From Eledone cirrhosa (Eukaryota): a stretch of 64,000 nt of DNA. The stretch covers positions 13,392,001 to 13,456,000 of the forward strand of contig OZ024762.1 of the NCBI GenBank assembly GCA_964016885.1, in the 5' to 3' direction. Numbering within the stretch: the stretch's first letter is position 1; every line of letters starts with the position of its first letter. The notes under the pieces are model-generated. The model was not told where the DNA came from. It did no database searches and saw only the letters and a program-made list of their open reading frames with translations. The position numbers and the translations under genes were made by a program. This document shows positions 30,304-45,716 of the stretch, one piece after another.

Positions 30304-30742
30304 AATATATATATATGTATAGATATTTCGTATCTCCAAAGAAATACGGTTTTAGGAAGCCGTAGCTATGCAAACACATTGGGGGGCTACGCCCTCTAGT
30401 GATGTCCAGCAGAAGCAAGGGGGACAACCGTCTATGTATTTCAGGCTTAACTGGCCTTCGTCAGGACGGTCCCTCCAACCACTTGCCACTGCTGAACTAG
30501 AAGAGAGGCGAGAATATATACTTTTCTCGTCTGTGTATTATTATTATAGTTGAGCTTGAGTTCAAATCCCGCGGAGGTTAACTTTGCCTTTCATCCTTAC
30601 AGGCCAGTTAAGCCTGAAATGCATAGACGGTTGTCCCCCTTGCTTCTGCTGGACATCACCAGAGGGCGTTAGCCTCACGGTGGTTGCATAGCTACGGCTT
30701 CCTAAAACCGTATTTCTTTGGAGATACGAAATATTTATACAT
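30192..30742. mobile_element. Fold-back HHR element, family E, with a SINE fragment at the inversion junction
   Basis: 30316-30457 is inverted relative to 30601-30742. An extra 3'-end copy lies at 30192-30248 and a SINE piece at 30556-30600. Confidence 0.75.
30427..30470 (-). ncRNA. 44-nt minimal type I hammerhead ribozyme (family E, AUA site)
   Basis: Minus strand: accgtc-CTGACGA-aggc(cagttaa)gcct-GAAA-t(ac)aTA-gacggt. Perfect 6-bp stem I and 4-bp stem II. The other arm shows a palindromic tgca stem III. Confidence 0.85.
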
Positions 30743-30775
30743 ATTGTATAAAGCTATTTATTGTATAAAGCTATT

Positions 30776-30813
<38 letters not shown>

Positions 30814-31125
30814 CAACTGTATATATATATATATATATATATAACAAATGTATATATATGTATATAATATATATATATATATAAACATCACACAGACACA
30901 CCTATACAAACACACACATAGACACACACACATATATATATACGCAAACACACATACACACATATGTATATATATTACTCTGCTTTCCTTCTAAATTACT
31001 ACTTGGATATTTAGTATACATCAAGCGCAGTATACAATCAACAAATAATTATAGGTACATGTCATTATCGTGTATATATATATATATATGTGCATATGTG
31101 TAAATGTATATATAATGTACATCTA

Positions 31126-31156
<31 letters not shown>

Positions 31157-31323
31157 GTATATACTATATATATAAATATATAAATATATATATCACACAT
31201 ATATATACACATATATACATGCATAGACACACACACAGACACACATATATATGTATATATATATGTATATATATATATGTATATATATATGTATATATAT
31301 ATGCATATATATATATATATATA

Positions 31324-31366
<43 letters not shown>

Positions 31367-31865
31367 CTATCCATTTACACCTACTGTATATGACTGCATT
31401 ACTTAACACCACCACCACCACCTCTACTGCTAACATTACTACTACTACTACTACTAACATTACTACTACCACTATTACTACTACTACTACTACTACCACT
31501 ACTACTACTACCAATACTACTACTACCACTACCTTTAATAATGAGGAACCTAATGGCTGATACAGATTCCCATTTCTGATTCCTGTATCTAGTTCTAAAA
31601 TTAATTATTGTTATCAATGACATAAGCGACCAGCAGAAAAATCAATTTTTGCTCTCTCGTAATCTCGGCATTTATTCAACAAAGCTGACATGGGCTAAGC
31701 ACTCGCTATTGTTTCCTATGAGAAAGACCTCCTTAACCACTCTACCATCTACCATCCTGGGTCACCGCACCATTGACCTGTAACTAATCACAGCTTTATA
31801 GTCAATTGTTTGGTAAACTCTGGGCCTTCTCTTCTGAAATATACCTGTTCATTTGTATCATTGCA

Positions 31866-31931
<66 letters not shown>

Positions 31932-32023
31932 TATTTATATATATATGTATATACATGTATGCATATTTATATATATATGTATATACATGTATGCATATTT
32001 ATATATATATGTATATACATGTA

Positions 32024-32100
<77 letters not shown>

Positions 32101-32301
32101 GTATATATGTATGTATGTTTATATATATATATATATGTATGTATATTTATATATATATATATGTATATATATATTTATATATATGTATATATATATTTAT
32201 ATATATGCACATATGTATATATATATATATTTATATATATATGTATTTTATATATCTATACATATATATATATACGTATATATATATATATATATACATA
32301 C

Positions 32302-32342
<41 letters not shown>

Positions 32343-32343
32343 C

Positions 32344-32382
<39 letters not shown>

Positions 32383-32416
32383 GATGTGTATATATATATA
32401 AGTTTACCCGGGTTCA

Positions 32417-32448
<32 letters not shown>

Positions 32449-33485
32449 TGTATATATATATATACGTATATATATATATGTATATATATACATATATATA
32501 TATATGTGGGTTTATTTTCATTTCTATTCCTCATGCACTTCCTATCTCTCACTATCTATCTAACTTCCTCCCTCCCTCCCTCCCTCACTACTCTCACTAT
32601 CTATCTACCCCCTCCCTCCCTCACTACTCTCACTATCTATCTAATCTACCCCCTCCCTCCCTCACTACTCTCACTATCTATCTAACCTCCCCCCTCCCTC
32701 CCTCACTACTCTCACTATCTCTTTAATCACCAATCTATAAATCACTGAGCTGCGATCTTTCAGTTGACTTCATCCTCTTTCTCTCTCTTTCATTCCCCCT
32801 CCTCTTCCTCCCCCTCTCTTTCCTTCACCTCTCTTACCCCCCTCCCTCTCGCCATCTCTTTCTTTCACTCTTAACATACATATTTCATTCATTCCTTCTT
32901 TTCACACAGTTATCTCCCTCTACCTATCACTTCCTCACTATCGATCTCCCCCCCCCATCTTACTCCCCCTTACCCTCCACCCTCACCACCTTTACACCCC
33001 TATTTTTCATTTCTTCACTACCTGCCCTACATATCACCCCCTCCCACTGTTCACACCTTTATCTCACCCCCCATACACCACACCCCCGTACCTCTCACTT
33101 CTCCCCCCCTCATACTTTAATCTCCTCACCTCGCCTGGGTCAATGAAATTATGGCCCTAACTATAGAAAATCACACACACACACACACACATATATATAA
33201 ACACACATATATATACACACATATATACACACACATATATAAACAAACACATATATATATACACACATATATATATATACAAACAGATATATATATATAT
33301 ACACACACACCTATATACACACACGTATATATATACATACTCATATATATATATCTATACACACACACACACAAACATATATATATATATACACACATAT
33401 ATACACACACATATATAAACAAACACATATATATACATATATATATATATACTCACACCTATATACACACACGTATATATATACA

Positions 33486-33533
<48 letters not shown>

Positions 33534-33703
33534 TATATACACCCACACGTATATACACACACATACACACACGTGTATATATATATATAGTGAAAGAGAG
33601 AGTGGTGGGGGGAGGGGGCAATTGCAGGTTATATTCAAACCGTAACAGTGGTTAATGAAGACTTCAGCTAATTGGTTCTAACCACAGAGGTAGGTTAGAG
33701 TGA

Positions 33704-33740
<37 letters not shown>

Positions 33741-33911
33741 TCTGTGTGTGTGTGAGTGTGTGTGTATGTGTGTGTGTGAGAGAGAGAGAGTGTGTGTGTG
33801 TGAGGGTGTGTGTGTGTGGGTGAGTGTGTATGTGTGTGTGTGTGAGAGAGAGAGAGTGTCTGTGTGTGTGTGGGAGTGAGGGTGTGTGTATGTGTGTGAG
33901 AGAGAGAGTGT

Positions 33912-33947
<36 letters not shown>

Positions 33948-35542
33948 GTCTGTGTGTGTCTGTGAGAGAGAGAGAGTGTGTGTCTGTGTGTTTGTGTGTC
34001 TGTGTGTGTGTGAGAGTGAGAGAGTGTGTGTGTGTGTGTGTGTGTACCAGAGAGAGGGAGAGAGAGATTGAGGTAACACTGTGATTATACAAACCTTAGG
34101 AATAGTTAATGAAAACTTCATTTAATTAATACTAACAAGAGATAGATAGATAGATTGATAGATAGATAGATAGATAGAGAGAAGGAGAGAGAGAGGAGAG
34201 AGAGAGGCTGAGAGAGAGAGAGAGAAGGAGAGAGAGAGAGAAAATGAGAGATAGAGAGAATGATAAATCGAAATAGAGAGAGAGAGGGAGAGGTGAGAGA
34301 GCTGGTGGTGTTAGTGGTAGTGTTAGTGGCGGTGCTAGTGGTGGTTTTAGTGGTGGTGGTTTTAGTGGTGGTGGTTTTAGTGGTGGTGGTGTTAGTGGTG
34401 GTCGTGTTAGTGGTGGTGGTGTTAGTGGTGGTGGTGTTAGTGGTGGTGGTGTTAGTGGTGTTAGTGGTGGTGTTAGTGGTGGTGTTAGTGGTGGTGTTAG
34501 TGGTGGTGTTAGTGGTAGTAGTGGTGGTATTAGTGGTGGTGTTAGTGGTGGTATTAGTAGTAATGGCAGTGGTAGTGTAGGTGGTGGTGTTAGTGGTGGT
34601 GGTGTTAGTGGTTGTGTAATGGTAGTAGTGGTGGTGTAATGTTAGTAGTGGTGGTATTAGTAGTAATGCCAGTGGTGGTGTAGGTGGTGGTGTTATCAAA
34701 GAGCAGAGTAGAAATGGCGGCCGTATCTTTAATGAAAAGCTCAGCTAACTAATTGGACAGCAGCTAAATTAAGGTTTATTGAAGAAACAGATTCCTATTT
34801 ACTTTACACTCAATGTATATTTAAATCTTTCTAATTGGTTTTCATTGCATTTGGTTGGAGATACACACTCACGCACACAGACACACAGACATATACACAC
34901 ACACAGGCATACACACACACATACACACACAGACATACACAGGCACCCACATACACACACATAGACACACAAACACATACACACACCCACACATACATAC
35001 ACAGGCACACACACATGCACACACACAGACACACACACACACACATACACACAGACACACACGCACACAGACATACACAGGCACACACATACACACACAC
35101 ACGGACACACAAACACATATACACACCCACACAGACATACACAGGCACACACATGCACATACACACACATGCACACACAGACACACATACACACACACAC
35201 ACGGTGTGAGAGGCATTATACACACAAGGCTCTTCTATATCTGGTGGTGAGGGGTGGAAGGGTGGTGTTGTAGGTGAGATAGTGATGGGTGAAGGGCACT
35301 ACACAGAGACACACACACAGAAGCACACACATACATAGACACACACAGACATACACACACACAGAAACACAGAGACACACACACACACACGGCTCTTCTC
35401 TGTTTCGTGGGTGGGTGGGTTGTGGGGCCTAGAGGGTGACGGGTGACGGGTTCAGGGCGTTGGATGGAGGGATATATATATATATATATATATAGATAGA
35501 TAGATAGATAGATAGAGGGAGAGGGACATAGATAGATAGATA

Positions 35543-36330
35543 TATTTCTTTTATTTGCCACTAGGGCATCAAAAGTGGGACAAGTACAAAGGGGGGAGTT
35601 TACACAAAAAGGCGTCCTCAATAAGGAGGAGGCAATAACAAAATATAAAAATAAAATAAGATATAACAAAAAATAAAATTTTTAACAAAATCCTCAATAG
35701 AGAGGAGGCGCCTTGGGGGTCGCACACACCCCCGAAAAAAGTGTGCAACCCTTCTCCTCAGGAGCACAGAGAAGGGGTGCTCCCTTGGTCTTTCATCTTC
35801 CTCACCTATAGTCTGATGTAGAGTGAAGGCCCATTCACACGGGCCATTCTCGCCACTTTCACCCATCTTTCATAGAAACGGCTGGGGTGCAGCACCTCTC
35901 TCTCCATCCTGATCCTTCTTCCGAAATGATATCGGAAGAAACGGACCAGTTGTTGGCCAGAGAGAAAGGTGCCCGACCTCAGTCCTTTCAGACGCGTCCA
36001 CCATACAACCTCTTTCGCCATGGCTATTACGCACAGAAACACCGCCTCTGCTTCATCTTTGAAGAGGGGAGGCGGCTTGATCATTACAATAGACTCGGTG
36101 GTCAACCGGATCGGTCCCACCCTTGACAGCAGTTGTTCGACATAGCCCCACAGATCGGCTACGCCCGAGCAGTGTACTAATGCGTGTGCAACGGTTTCCT
36201 CGTCGCACACGCATCTGGGACAGATCTTTTTGGCGGGGTCCCTACCCGGGCGCCCGTGTCTGTAGAGCCTTTCTCGAACGGGTAAAGCCCCTCGGTAGCA
36301 CTGCCAGGCCAGGGACTTCTGGAAGTTGTC
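35543..36330 (-). mobile_element. 5'-truncated Tx1/L1-clade non-LTR retrotransposon (ORF2 C-terminus + 3' UTR)
   Basis: ORF 35806-36333 has a zf-RVT-type motif (W..YRGALPV.ERL...CPRC...EETVAHALVHC...LW). The 3' UTR ends AATAAAAGAAATA. Flanked by a candidate TSD, catagatagatagata. Confidence 0.9.
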
Positions 36331-36331
36331 C

Positions 36332-36333
<2 letters not shown>
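35806..36333 (-). pseudogene. Truncated retrotransposon ORF2 fragment (CCHC zinc-binding, zf-RVT-like domain)
   Basis: Uninterrupted 175-codon frame, but RT and endonuclease are missing. The ATG comes from the flanking microsatellite. Confidence 0.85.
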
Positions 36334-36382
<49 letters not shown>

Positions 36383-36844
36383 CATGTTGCTCAAAATCAG
36401 TAAGTTTTTCTATCATTAATATCATTTTTTAATGTCACTTAAACATTTCTTGAAAAAATAGAATTATCTCCCCTTCTCCTTGAAAGTCGCTTACAATTGC
36501 CACGTTTGTTTTCAGGTGTTGTTAGCTGGGAGGCGAGGAGAAGTCGTTTGATTCTCCAACTAAGAGAGACATTACAATTAAATTATAGAATTCAATACAA
36601 CACCCTTTAACTTTATTACAGACGATGTCGTTCTTTGTTTTGCAATAATTAACAATAATTAATTGATTGAGGCAATTAGACAAAAAAACAAAACAAAAAC
36701 AAAAGAAACAAAAACAAAAACAAAAAAAAAACACACTAACATATATATATATATCTCGACAGTCGATCGACTCTCGTCAAATCTGACCGAGGAAACAATG
36801 TTTCCATTGGTCTTTCCAATTGCTAATACTATCTATCGGTCGCA

Positions 36845-36975
36845 ACTCCAGGTAGAAGGAGCAACGTGAAATAAAGTGTCTTGCTCAAGGACATAACGCA
36901 TCGCCTGGTCCAGGAATCGAACTCACAACTGTCACGATTGTTAATCCAATTCTCTAACCACTCAGCCACACGCCT
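36845..36975 (-). mobile_element. tRNA-derived SINE 5' portion
   Basis: Minus strand: A box tggctgagtgg, B box gttcgattcc, then gtccttgagcaagacacttta. Confidence 0.75.
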
Positions 36976-36976
36976 A

Positions 36977-37029
<53 letters not shown>

Positions 37030-37154
37030 ATATATATATATATATAAGCAATAAAACAATGAGTTATATATATATACATACATGCACATACAGATATGTG
37101 TATATATATTTATATGTATATATATATATATGTATGTATATATACATATATATT

Positions 37155-37206
<52 letters not shown>

Positions 37207-37210
37207 TATT

Positions 37211-37282
<72 letters not shown>

Positions 37283-38187
37283 TATATATATACACATATA
37301 TATATACACACAGATTTATATATATATATATTTATATATATATGTATATATATATTAACGCGTGAGATAATATTAATTATGAAGTTGATAATAATTTCGT
37401 TACAAGACAACCAGTCTGCTGGCAGAAATACTGAGTGTCGGCCATATTTAATTATGATGAACTTACGTATTAATGTTAGTTATATGCAGAGTCTATGATA
37501 AATTGATTTGGTAACTATTGTACCACTTACGTGCAACTTTCTGTTGTGTGGTGTATGTGCTGTGGTGTGTGTATTGTGTGTTGTGTTGTGTGTGTTGTGT
37601 GTGTTGTGTGTTGTTTGTTGTGTATTGTGTGGTTTGTGGTGTGTGTTGTGTTGTGTGTCCTGTGTTGTTTGTTGTGTATTGTGTGGTGTGAGTGAATTGT
37701 GTTTTGTGTTGTGTGTGTTGTGTGTGTTGTGTGTTGTGTATTGTGTTGTGTTGTGTGGTGTGTATTGTGTTGTGTGGTGTGTGGTGTGTATTGTGTGGTG
37801 TGGTGTGTCTGTAGTGTGTTAAATGGACCTGTCTGTGTGTTGTGTGTTCTGTGTGCGGGTGTAGTATGTGTGCGTGTGTGTGTGTATGCGTGTGTGTGTG
37901 TGTGTATGAGAAAGCGAGAGAGAGAGAGAGAGTGAGTGTGTGTCTGTGTGTGTACGTGTGTGTACGTGTGTTGTAGAGGTATATTTGTTTGTGAGGGTGT
38001 TCTTGTGTTTGTATCTGTGACTCTGTGTGTGCGTGTGTGTGTGTATGAAATTAGGTGTGTGTGTACACGGCTATATATGTATATATGTATGGTGTATGTG
38101 TGTGTATGCCTATATATATATATATATATATATGGCATTTTATGTGTGTGTGTGTGTGTGTGTAATTATGTGCTTGTGTGTATATGC

Positions 38188-38269
<82 letters not shown>

Positions 38270-38824
38270 TATGTGTGTGTGTGTATGTAATAAATTATTT
38301 ATGATCCAAATCAGTGATGTAGTTATTAATTTATTTACCAATGTCGCCGCCATCTTCCATACCGGCGGCCATGTTTCTAAACAATGGACGACACCAAATG
38401 GATTGCACCAGTTTATGGTAGTTTATTATCGCAATCAAACTTGTTATCACTACTACTACTAGTACTACTACTAGTAGTAGTGGTACTTGTAGTAGTAGTG
38501 GTGTTGGTGGTGGTAGTAGTAGTGGTGGTCGTAATAGTAGTAGTAGTAGTACTTGTAGTAGTAGTGGTAGTGGTAATAGTAGTAGTGGTGGTAGTAGTGG
38601 TGGTGGTGGTGGTAGTAATAGTAGTAGTAGTAGTGGTAGTAGTAGTAGTGGTGGTGGTGGTGGTGGTAGTAGTAGTAGTAATAGTGGTGGTGATGATGGT
38701 AGAAGCAGTAGTAGTAATAATATTAGTAGTAATAATATTATTAGTAGCAGTAGTGGTAGTAGTAGTGGCGGTGGTAGTAGCTGTGTTGGTGTTGTTGGTA
38801 GTTGAAATAGAACCAATCACAGTA

Positions 38825-39731
<907 letters not shown>

Positions 39732-39972
39732 AGCAGACAGATAGATAGCTAGATATAAAAACAGACAGATACAGAAGAGAAACGATAGAAAATTGAAATA
39801 TTGACCTAAGAGAAAAGGTAACGGCAAAAACCTGACTGGTTACTATTGGCAACGGTTATATGGAGGAAAGAAATGATTGGCTCCTGGCCAGGAACTGATC
39901 AGGTGATCAATAGCATAAGTGGAAAAAGACTGGCCAACAGGAAACGGTTTGACAGGACACCGTATTTCATGT

Positions 39973-40004
<32 letters not shown>

Positions 40005-40162
40005 ACACATATATATATATGTGTATATATATGTATATATGTATATGTATATATATATACACACATATACACCTACAATATATAATATACGAATACATAC
40101 ATACATACATATATATATATATATGTATATATGTATATATATATAAATGTATGTATATATAC

Positions 40163-40193
<31 letters not shown>

Positions 40194-40361
40194 TATATAT
40201 ATATATATGTATGTATATGTCATACATGTATATATATTTTTAGACATATATATATTTACACACAGGTATATATACATACACACACACACACACACATATA
40301 TATATGCACAAATACATATACATATGTACACATAAATACACACACACGTCACACCTATGTG

Positions 40362-40394
<33 letters not shown>

Positions 40395-40733
40395 TTGTGT
40401 GTGTGTGAGTGTTCAGACGCTCCATGAGATACGACCTATGAGATTTGCGGCCATTCCCCGTTGCAACCATTTATATTCGGCCCACGTGGACACTCACCTA
40501 TTCTCTCTTGACATCAGATATGCTTCAGATCTCGAATTCAAACATTCTTACTTCTGTGTAAGCTCAACCGTATCGCTGTATAGCATCACCACCATCTATT
40601 ATCAGTTCTCTGGCCATCACTTCGACTTCAGCAAACATAACTTACTTCTCTGAGCTTCCAATGATTTAAGACAACCAATGATGCCTTTGTAAAAAGATTT
40701 TTTTTTATATTTTCGCAGGCAAGAAATAGAGCT

Positions 40734-41780
40734 TGTGGTTAGAATGTCTCAGGAAAGAATCACTGGACAGATTTGTAGCTCGGATATCAGAGAGTCACTC
40801 CAGGTAGAGCTGCTACTTCTCCGAATTGAGAGATCGCAGCTCTGATACTATGGACATGTGGTTAGAATGTCTGAGGAAAGAATCACTGGACAGATTTGTA
40901 GCTCGGATATCAGAGAGTCACTCCAGGTAGAGCTGCTACTTCTCCGAATTGAGAGATCGCAGCTCTGATACTATGGACATGTGGTTAGAATGTCTGAGGA
41001 AAGAATCACTGGACAGATTTGTAGCTCGGATATCAGAGAGTCACTCCAGGTAGAGCTGCTACTTCTCCGAATTGAGAGATCACAGCTCTGATACTATGGA
41101 CATGTGGTTAGAATGTCTCAGGAAAGAATCACTGGACAGATTCGTAGCTCGGATATCAGAGAGTCACTCCAGGTAGAGCTGCTACTTCTCCGAATTGAGA
41201 GATCGCAGCTCTGATACTATGGACATGTGGTTAGAATGTCTGAGGAAAGAATCACTGGACAGATTTGTAGCTCGGATATCAGAGAGTCACTCCAGGTAGA
41301 GCTGCTACTTCTCCGAATTGAGAGATCACAGCTCTGATACTATGGACATGTGGTTAGAATGTCTCAGGAAAGAATCACTGGACAGATTCGTAGCTCGGAT
41401 ATCAGAGAGTCACTCCAGGTAGAGCTGCTACTTCTCCGAATTGAGAGATCGCAGCTCTGATACTATGGACATGTGGTTAGAATGTCTCAGGAAAGAATCA
41501 CTGGACAGATTCGTAGCTCGGATATCAGAGAGTCACTCCAGGTAGAGCTGCTACTTCTCCGAATTGAGAGATCGCAGCTCTGATACTATGGACATGTGGT
41601 TAGAATGTCTCAGGAAAGAATCACTGAATTGAGAGATCACAGCTCTGATACTATAGAGTGACATGTGGTTAGAATGTCTCAGGAAAGAATCGCCGGACAG
41701 ATTCTACGGGCAACACCAACCGGCAAGAGACCCTGGCGAAGACCTCGAGCAAGATGGTTCGATAACAACCAGCCAGACTA
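40734..41780 (+). repeat. 123-bp tandem array (7 full copies + partials) derived from an RTE-type LINE 3' end
   Basis: 'agaatgtct' at 40741, 40864, 40987, 41110, 41233, 41356, 41479 and 41602. The unit reads SSDIRESLQVELLLLRIERSQL*YYGHVVRMSQERI and the array exits into ILRATPTGKRPWRRPRARWFD. Confidence 0.9.
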
Positions 41781-42459
41781 ATAATAATAGTGATATCTAC
41801 TTAAGGCCCAAGTCCAGTAATTGTAATGAAAATGGGAGGGGTATATTGATTTAACCTAATCCCAGTACATTACTGGTACTTTATTCTATCGGTACTGGAA
41901 GAATGCAAAGCAGATTTGACCTTGGATAGATTTGAACACATCTATTGTTAGCAATTTCTTCTTCTTCTTCTTCTTCTTCTTCTTCTTCTTCTTCTTCTTC
42001 TTTCCGTTCCTTATTCTACTCCTCTCTATTTCTTCATCCCGTGACTTCTTCATCTTCTGCCTTTAGTTCACCCCTCCCATCCCCTTCTCCCCACCTACCA
42101 CCCTCTCCCCCTCCTCTTCCTCCTTCTCACTCCACTTGTTGCTTCTACGTTTATTTTGTGTTGTTATTATTTGTTTTATCTTTCGATTTTTTTCCCATCT
42201 CCTGAGTTTTTTTCTTGTCTAAGACAACAACCGTTGTTGTTGTCTCTTTATCTCCTGCCCCCCCCCTACATTTCCATCTTCCGTCGAATAATGGCGAAAT
42301 AATTGGTTGCTTTGCATTAAGCAGAATTCGTCTGTGTATGTGTGTGTGTGTGTGTGTATATATGTGTGTGACTGAGTATGTGTGTGTATATATATATATT
42401 TGTGTGTATATATATACATTTATATATTTATATATTTATATATTTATATATTTATATGT

Positions 42460-42490
<31 letters not shown>

Positions 42491-42529
42491 AACATATGTG
42501 TATACATATATATCATACATATATACATC

Positions 42530-42567
<38 letters not shown>

Positions 42568-42689
42568 TACATATATATGCATATATATATATATATATAT
42601 TTATATAGATACATATATATATATATATATACATACATATATATATATACATTTTTTATCTATCCCCACTACACACATATGCTTGTATG

Positions 42690-42737
<48 letters not shown>

Positions 42738-42994
42738 GGAGGGAGTAGAGGAGAGTAGGAGGGCGTATATCTCACAAAGGAAACCAATGTAGACAGGAAA
42801 TACATGACAGTAATGTTAAATCTACCAAAATATTTAACATGTCGATGAAGATGTCTTTAGAACTGACAACGTTCGTCTGTTTCATGTGGAGAAACCCCCA
42901 CATCCTCCCCCTAACCTTCCCCCACATCCTCACCCAAACCCTCCCCCACAACCCTCTCCCCCTCTCACCCTTTTCTTCCCTCATAGACGCTTTT

Positions 42995-43765
42995 TACCTC
43001 TCCACCAATCAACATTCGCCAGCGTAACCCTAATTCCTTTCAGATACCACAGCGCCACCTTCCGTCTTATTCCGTTGCTCCTTTCACCCCAAACGCCTCC
43101 TTTTTTTTTGCTACGAAACCAATCAGCATTTACCGCCATCGTTAGTCTCAACTTCCGCCGTCTCCACCAATCAGCGTTCACCACCATCGTTAGTCTCTGT
43201 TACACCCTAGCGCCAACTTCCGCCGTCTCCACCAATCAGCGTTCACCACCATCGTTAGTCTCTGTTACACCCTAGCGCCAACTTCCGCCGTCTCCACCAA
43301 TCAGCGTTCACCACCATCGTTAGTCTCTGTTACACCCTAGCGCCAATTTCCGCCGTCTCCACCAATAAGCATTCACCACCATCGTTAATTTCTGTTATAC
43401 TCTAGCGTCAACTTCCGCCTTCTCCACCAATCAGCGTTCACCAACGTTCAGCCCTGTTAATCCCTGATGTTACAGCGCCATCTTCCGTCACAATCCGTCG
43501 CTCCTCTCACTTCAACCACCTCCTCATCCAATCAACATTCACTATCGTTAATCCCTCTTAAACCATAACACCAACTTTCATCATCGCCGCGCTGTTTACC
43601 TCTTGCGCCGCCTTCTTCACCAATCAGCGCTCACCAAAATTAATCCAATCCATGATACTACAGCGTCACACACAATCGCTCCTTTCAGCCATGCCGCCAC
43701 CTTTTCCACCAATCAGCATTCACCCCAGTAAATCCCTGTGATACAACAGCACCACCTTCCATTAT
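42995..43765. repeat. 65-bp CpG-rich minisatellite (about 5 copies, 43150-43442) with degenerate flanking copies
   Basis: ccaat at 43167, 43232, 43297, 43362 and 43427; also near 43004, 43119, 43528, 43620 and 43709. Confidence 0.85.
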
Positions 43766-44008
43766 CCACGTTGAAGTCTTTTAAAAGCATACAAAAAAAG
43801 AAAAAAAAAAACGTTCCGAAACGTCGAAACGTCAGGAAAATGAAGTTTTGAATAGTTTTCCGAGAGAGTAATTCTCAGGGAGATTCAGTGTGGAAATATG
43901 TGACAAGCCAGAACATTTGAAATACAAGGTAAAACCAACTGTATTGTAGACCAATTGGTACCCACGATGCAATTCTGTCTGATGTGTCAGTGTAGGTATG
44001 TATGTGTG

Positions 44009-44120
44009 TTTCATCCTTACGGGGTCGATAAAATAAAGTACCAGTCACGCACTGAGGTCGATTTAATCGACTTTCGCCTGCCCCAAAATTGTTGGCCTTG
44101 TGCCTAAATAAGAAACCATT
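44009..44120 (+). mobile_element. Meta-domain SINE 3' portion
   Basis: tttcatccttacggggtcgataaaataaagtaccagt...ggccttgtgcctaaa. Confidence 0.8.
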
Positions 44121-45000
44121 ATCTGTGTATATGCGTGTGTGTGTTCAAGAGTTTGTGCCTGTGTCTGTTTAGGTATGTATGTGTGTGCACACAGGTGTGT
44201 ATAAGACACACACATACAGATATACATCTGTCTATCTGTATGTGTGTGTGTGTGTGTGTATGTGTTTCTGTGTATGTGTGTGCGTGCGTGTGCGTGTGCG
44301 TGTGTTCATAGATGTGTATAACACACACCCATTCATATACATACGACTATCTATCTGTCTGTATTCAAGAGCTTGTCACTCTGTCTGTGTAGGTATGTAT
44401 GTATGTGTGTGTACATAAGTGTGTTCAACACACACACACACACACAGATACAGACAGACACGCACACACAGATACACACTCACACACATGCACATACACA
44501 CAGACACACACACAGATACACACTAAACACACACACACACGCACAGACACACACACACACATACACACACACAGATACACACTCACACACGCACATACAC
44601 ACACATACACACACACACATACACACACACACACATACACACGCACGTGTGTGTAAATGAAGCCGATAGACTGCAGACGAGACAGTGTCATCACATTGTA
44701 AATGTCCGGTTGATGACAAAGGAATTCAATTATTTTTTAAACGATAGAAACGGGGAAGGGGGGGGGGGTAATATGTGGGTGGGAGGGGAGTGTAAGAACA
44801 ACAATAACAACAATAACAACAATAACAACAATAACAGCAACAACATCAAAGACAACAACAACAACAACAAAAAACACAACAACAATAATAACAAGAACCA
44901 CAACAATAACAACAATAACAACAACAACAACAACAACAACAAATTAAAACTAAGCAGTAACAACAAAAACAACGGCAATAATAATAATAATAATAAAAAT

Positions 45001-45111
45001 GGTTTCTGATTTAGGTACAAGGCCAGCAATTTGAAGGGGAAAGGAAAGTCGATTAAATCGACCCCAATACATTACTGGTACTTTTATTTTGTCGACCCCA
45101 TAAAGATGAAA
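45001..45111 (-). mobile_element. Meta-domain SINE 3' portion
   Basis: Reverse complement of the 44009-44120 type sequence. Confidence 0.75.
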
Positions 45112-45127
45112 TATATATACATATATA

Positions 45128-45161
<34 letters not shown>

Positions 45162-45169
45162 TTTAATAC

Positions 45170-45208
<39 letters not shown>

Positions 45209-45213
45209 CTTTA

Positions 45214-45264
<51 letters not shown>

Positions 45265-45283
45265 TATACATATATATACATTA

Positions 45284-45337
<54 letters not shown>

Positions 45338-45407
45338 ATATATATATATACATATATATATATAAATATATACATATACATATATATATATACATATATA
45401 TACATTA

Positions 45408-45438
<31 letters not shown>

Positions 45439-45466
45439 CATATATATACATTAATACATACATATA

Positions 45467-45579
<113 letters not shown>

Positions 45580-45581
45580 TA

Positions 45582-45635
<54 letters not shown>

Positions 45636-45637
45636 TA

Positions 45638-45699
<62 letters not shown>

Positions 45700-45716
45700 T
45701 AATACATACATATATA

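Noticed and set aside
36845-36975. tRNA gene
   Set aside because: A and B boxes are present, but there is no clear acceptor stem and it runs into SINE body sequence.
40410-40680. Exon with a GTGAGT donor, or a decayed LINE, on the minus strand
   Set aside because: All frames are interrupted, and similarity to the RTE 'GHVAR' motif is too weak to call.
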